A DNA stretch of 59,154 nucleotides from a virus (Duplodnaviria; Caudoviricetes), in IMG/VR virus record IMGVR_UViG_3300044998_000560, positions 1 to 59,154 of that record; one strand, given 5' to 3'. The notes under the pieces are model-generated. The model was not told the origin of the DNA. It was given only the letters and a program-made list of their open reading frames with translations, and did no database searches. The translations under genes were made by a program, and so were the position numbers. Positions 58,069-59,154 of this stretch are shown piece by piece. Position 1 is the stretch's first letter; each line of letters starts with the position of its first letter.

Positions 58069-58520
58069 ATTATGATACATCAAATATGATTGAGGTTCTT
58101 TTAAATGACCCAGATGATTTTTTAAAGGTAAAAGAAACTTTAACAAGAATAGGAATCGCCTCAAAGAAAGAGAATACGTTATTCCAATCTTGTCATATTC
58201 TCCATAAGAGAGGAAAATATTATCTAGTACATTTTAAAGAATTATTTGCGTTGGATGGAAAAGAAACAGATTTTACAGTTTCCGATATTCAAAGAAGAAA
58301 TACAATTATTAAATTATTAGTAGAGTGGAACCTTATTACTCTTAAAGAACCAAAGGAATATCAAAAAATTTTGGAAAACCTCGCTCCGTTGAATTTAGTA
58401 AAAATTATACCACACAAAGAAAAACACAATTGGAAATTGGTAGCTAAATATTCAATCGGAAAGAAAAAGAAATCGGTTCCGGTGATAGAAGATTATGACG
58501 AAAATATGCTTTCTAATTAA
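58065..58520 (+). CDS. regA: Translational repressor RegA
   Basis: PDDFLKVKETLTRIGIAS, LFQSCHILHKRGKYYLVHFKELFALDG, W.LV.KY.IG. Confidence 0.97.
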   Translation: MNYDTSNMIEVLLNDPDDFLKVKETLTRIGIASKKENTLFQSCHILHKRGKYYLVHFKELFALDGKETDFTVSDIQRRNTIIKLLVEWNLITLKEPKEYQKILENLAPLNLVKIIPHKEKHNWKLVAKYSIGKKKKSVPVIEDYDENMLSN

Positions 58521-59154
58521 TTTTTTTGCGTTTTCTCTATTTGCTCAATCACAATTAATCATAAGCATTGATGCCGGAAATATGGCACAACCTCATGGTG
58601 AATTTGTTACAGATAGAGCCTTTTCGGGTGGTGGTGTGTATAAGTTTGTTCCACCATCCCAAATTGATATTGAACTATCTACCGTCAGACACGGATCAAA
58701 TTTTTCATACAATTTTCCTTCATTACAAAACGGAAGATATTGGGTTTCCTTGAATTTTGTGGAAGTTTTTGATTGGCCGGAAGGCCGGAGAAATTTCCAT
58801 GTGAGTATTAATAATGAACGTGTTTTAACTAATTTGGATATTTCTAAAGAAGCCGGTGGATGGGCAAAAAGACTAACGAAAAATTTCTTAATTGATGTGA
58901 AAAATATGGAAGGACTTTCTATCAATTTTAGAGAAGGTCTTCGGAGTGCTATTGTTTCAAGCATTATTATATACAGATTAGAAGGAAATCAGACATCTCC
59001 CAACGATATACCACAAGATACTACAAATTGGTGTCAAGGTGCTCTTATTTTGCGCGAATCAGAAAAACAAGTAAAAATAGGACCATTTTGGAATTCAAAA
59101 AATAAATGCCATATTAATTTTGAATTGACACCTCCGGATCAATTAGACCCTCTT
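58495..59154 (+). CDS. Signal peptide plus malectin-like carbohydrate-binding protein (3'-truncated; absent from the ORF track)
   Basis: Open from ATG 58495 to the window end: MTKICFLINFFAFSLFA|QSQLIISIDAGN...TVRHG.NFSY.F..LQNGRYWVSLNFVE...RRNFHVSINNERVLTNLDISKEAGG...AIVSSI.I. Confidence 0.78.
   Translation, partial: MTKICFLINFFAFSLFAQSQLIISIDAGNMAQPHGEFVTDRAFSGGGVYKFVPPSQIDIELSTVRHGSNFSYNFPSLQNGRYWVSLNFVEVFDWPEGRRNFHVSINNERVLTNLDISKEAGGWAKRLTKNFLIDVKNMEGLSINFREGLRSAIVSSIIIYRLEGNQTSPNDIPQDTTNWCQGALILRESEKQVKIGPFWNSKNKCHINFELTPPDQLDPL

Noticed and set aside
33-58964. Numerous short minus-strand or nested ORFs in the track (e.g. 33-446, 39221-39727, 46224-46820, 52210-52659, 58593-58964)
   Set aside because: They are shadows of well-supported genes on the other strand or frame, with no motifs or expression signals.
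1-59154. Stop-codon reassignment (TAG or TGA)
   Set aside because: Core genes are full length in the standard code, and TAG/TGA stops fall at expected ends (gp13, gp17, cobS) followed by new RBS/start sites.

Overview
AT-rich fragment of a T4-like (non-enteric, cyanophage/pelagiphage-style) myovirus genome, almost all on the + strand. The order is: baseplate (gp5 C-terminus, PAAR, gp25, gp6, gp7, gp8, a 2042-aa VrlC-like protein); an accessory filament cassette; neck (gp13-15); a 6.8 kb fibre/receptor-binding cluster with an embedded S26 peptidase; terminase, sheath, tube and portal; a block of prohead-core/internal proteins; gp21-22-23; gp3, uvsY, uvsW, gp55, gp47/46; nucleotide and methylation genes; an inverted HExxH-vWA gene facing a CobS/MoxR ATPase; clamp and clamp loader; regA; and a truncated signal-peptide plus malectin-like gene missed by the ORF track. 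The most unusual signal is a set of basic, putative capsid-internal proteins built from unrelated ~55-120-aa units, each opened by the same E-DFSLKPK motif. This suggests polyproteins cut by the prohead protease into a family of injected peptides. Other highlights are a soluble signal-peptidase-like gene among fibre genes, tandem paralogues sharing ~100-140 bp identical blocks, a strict 20-aa-period repeat protein, and probable leaderless sigma70 transcripts. All assignments come from motif recognition and synteny; no searches were run.
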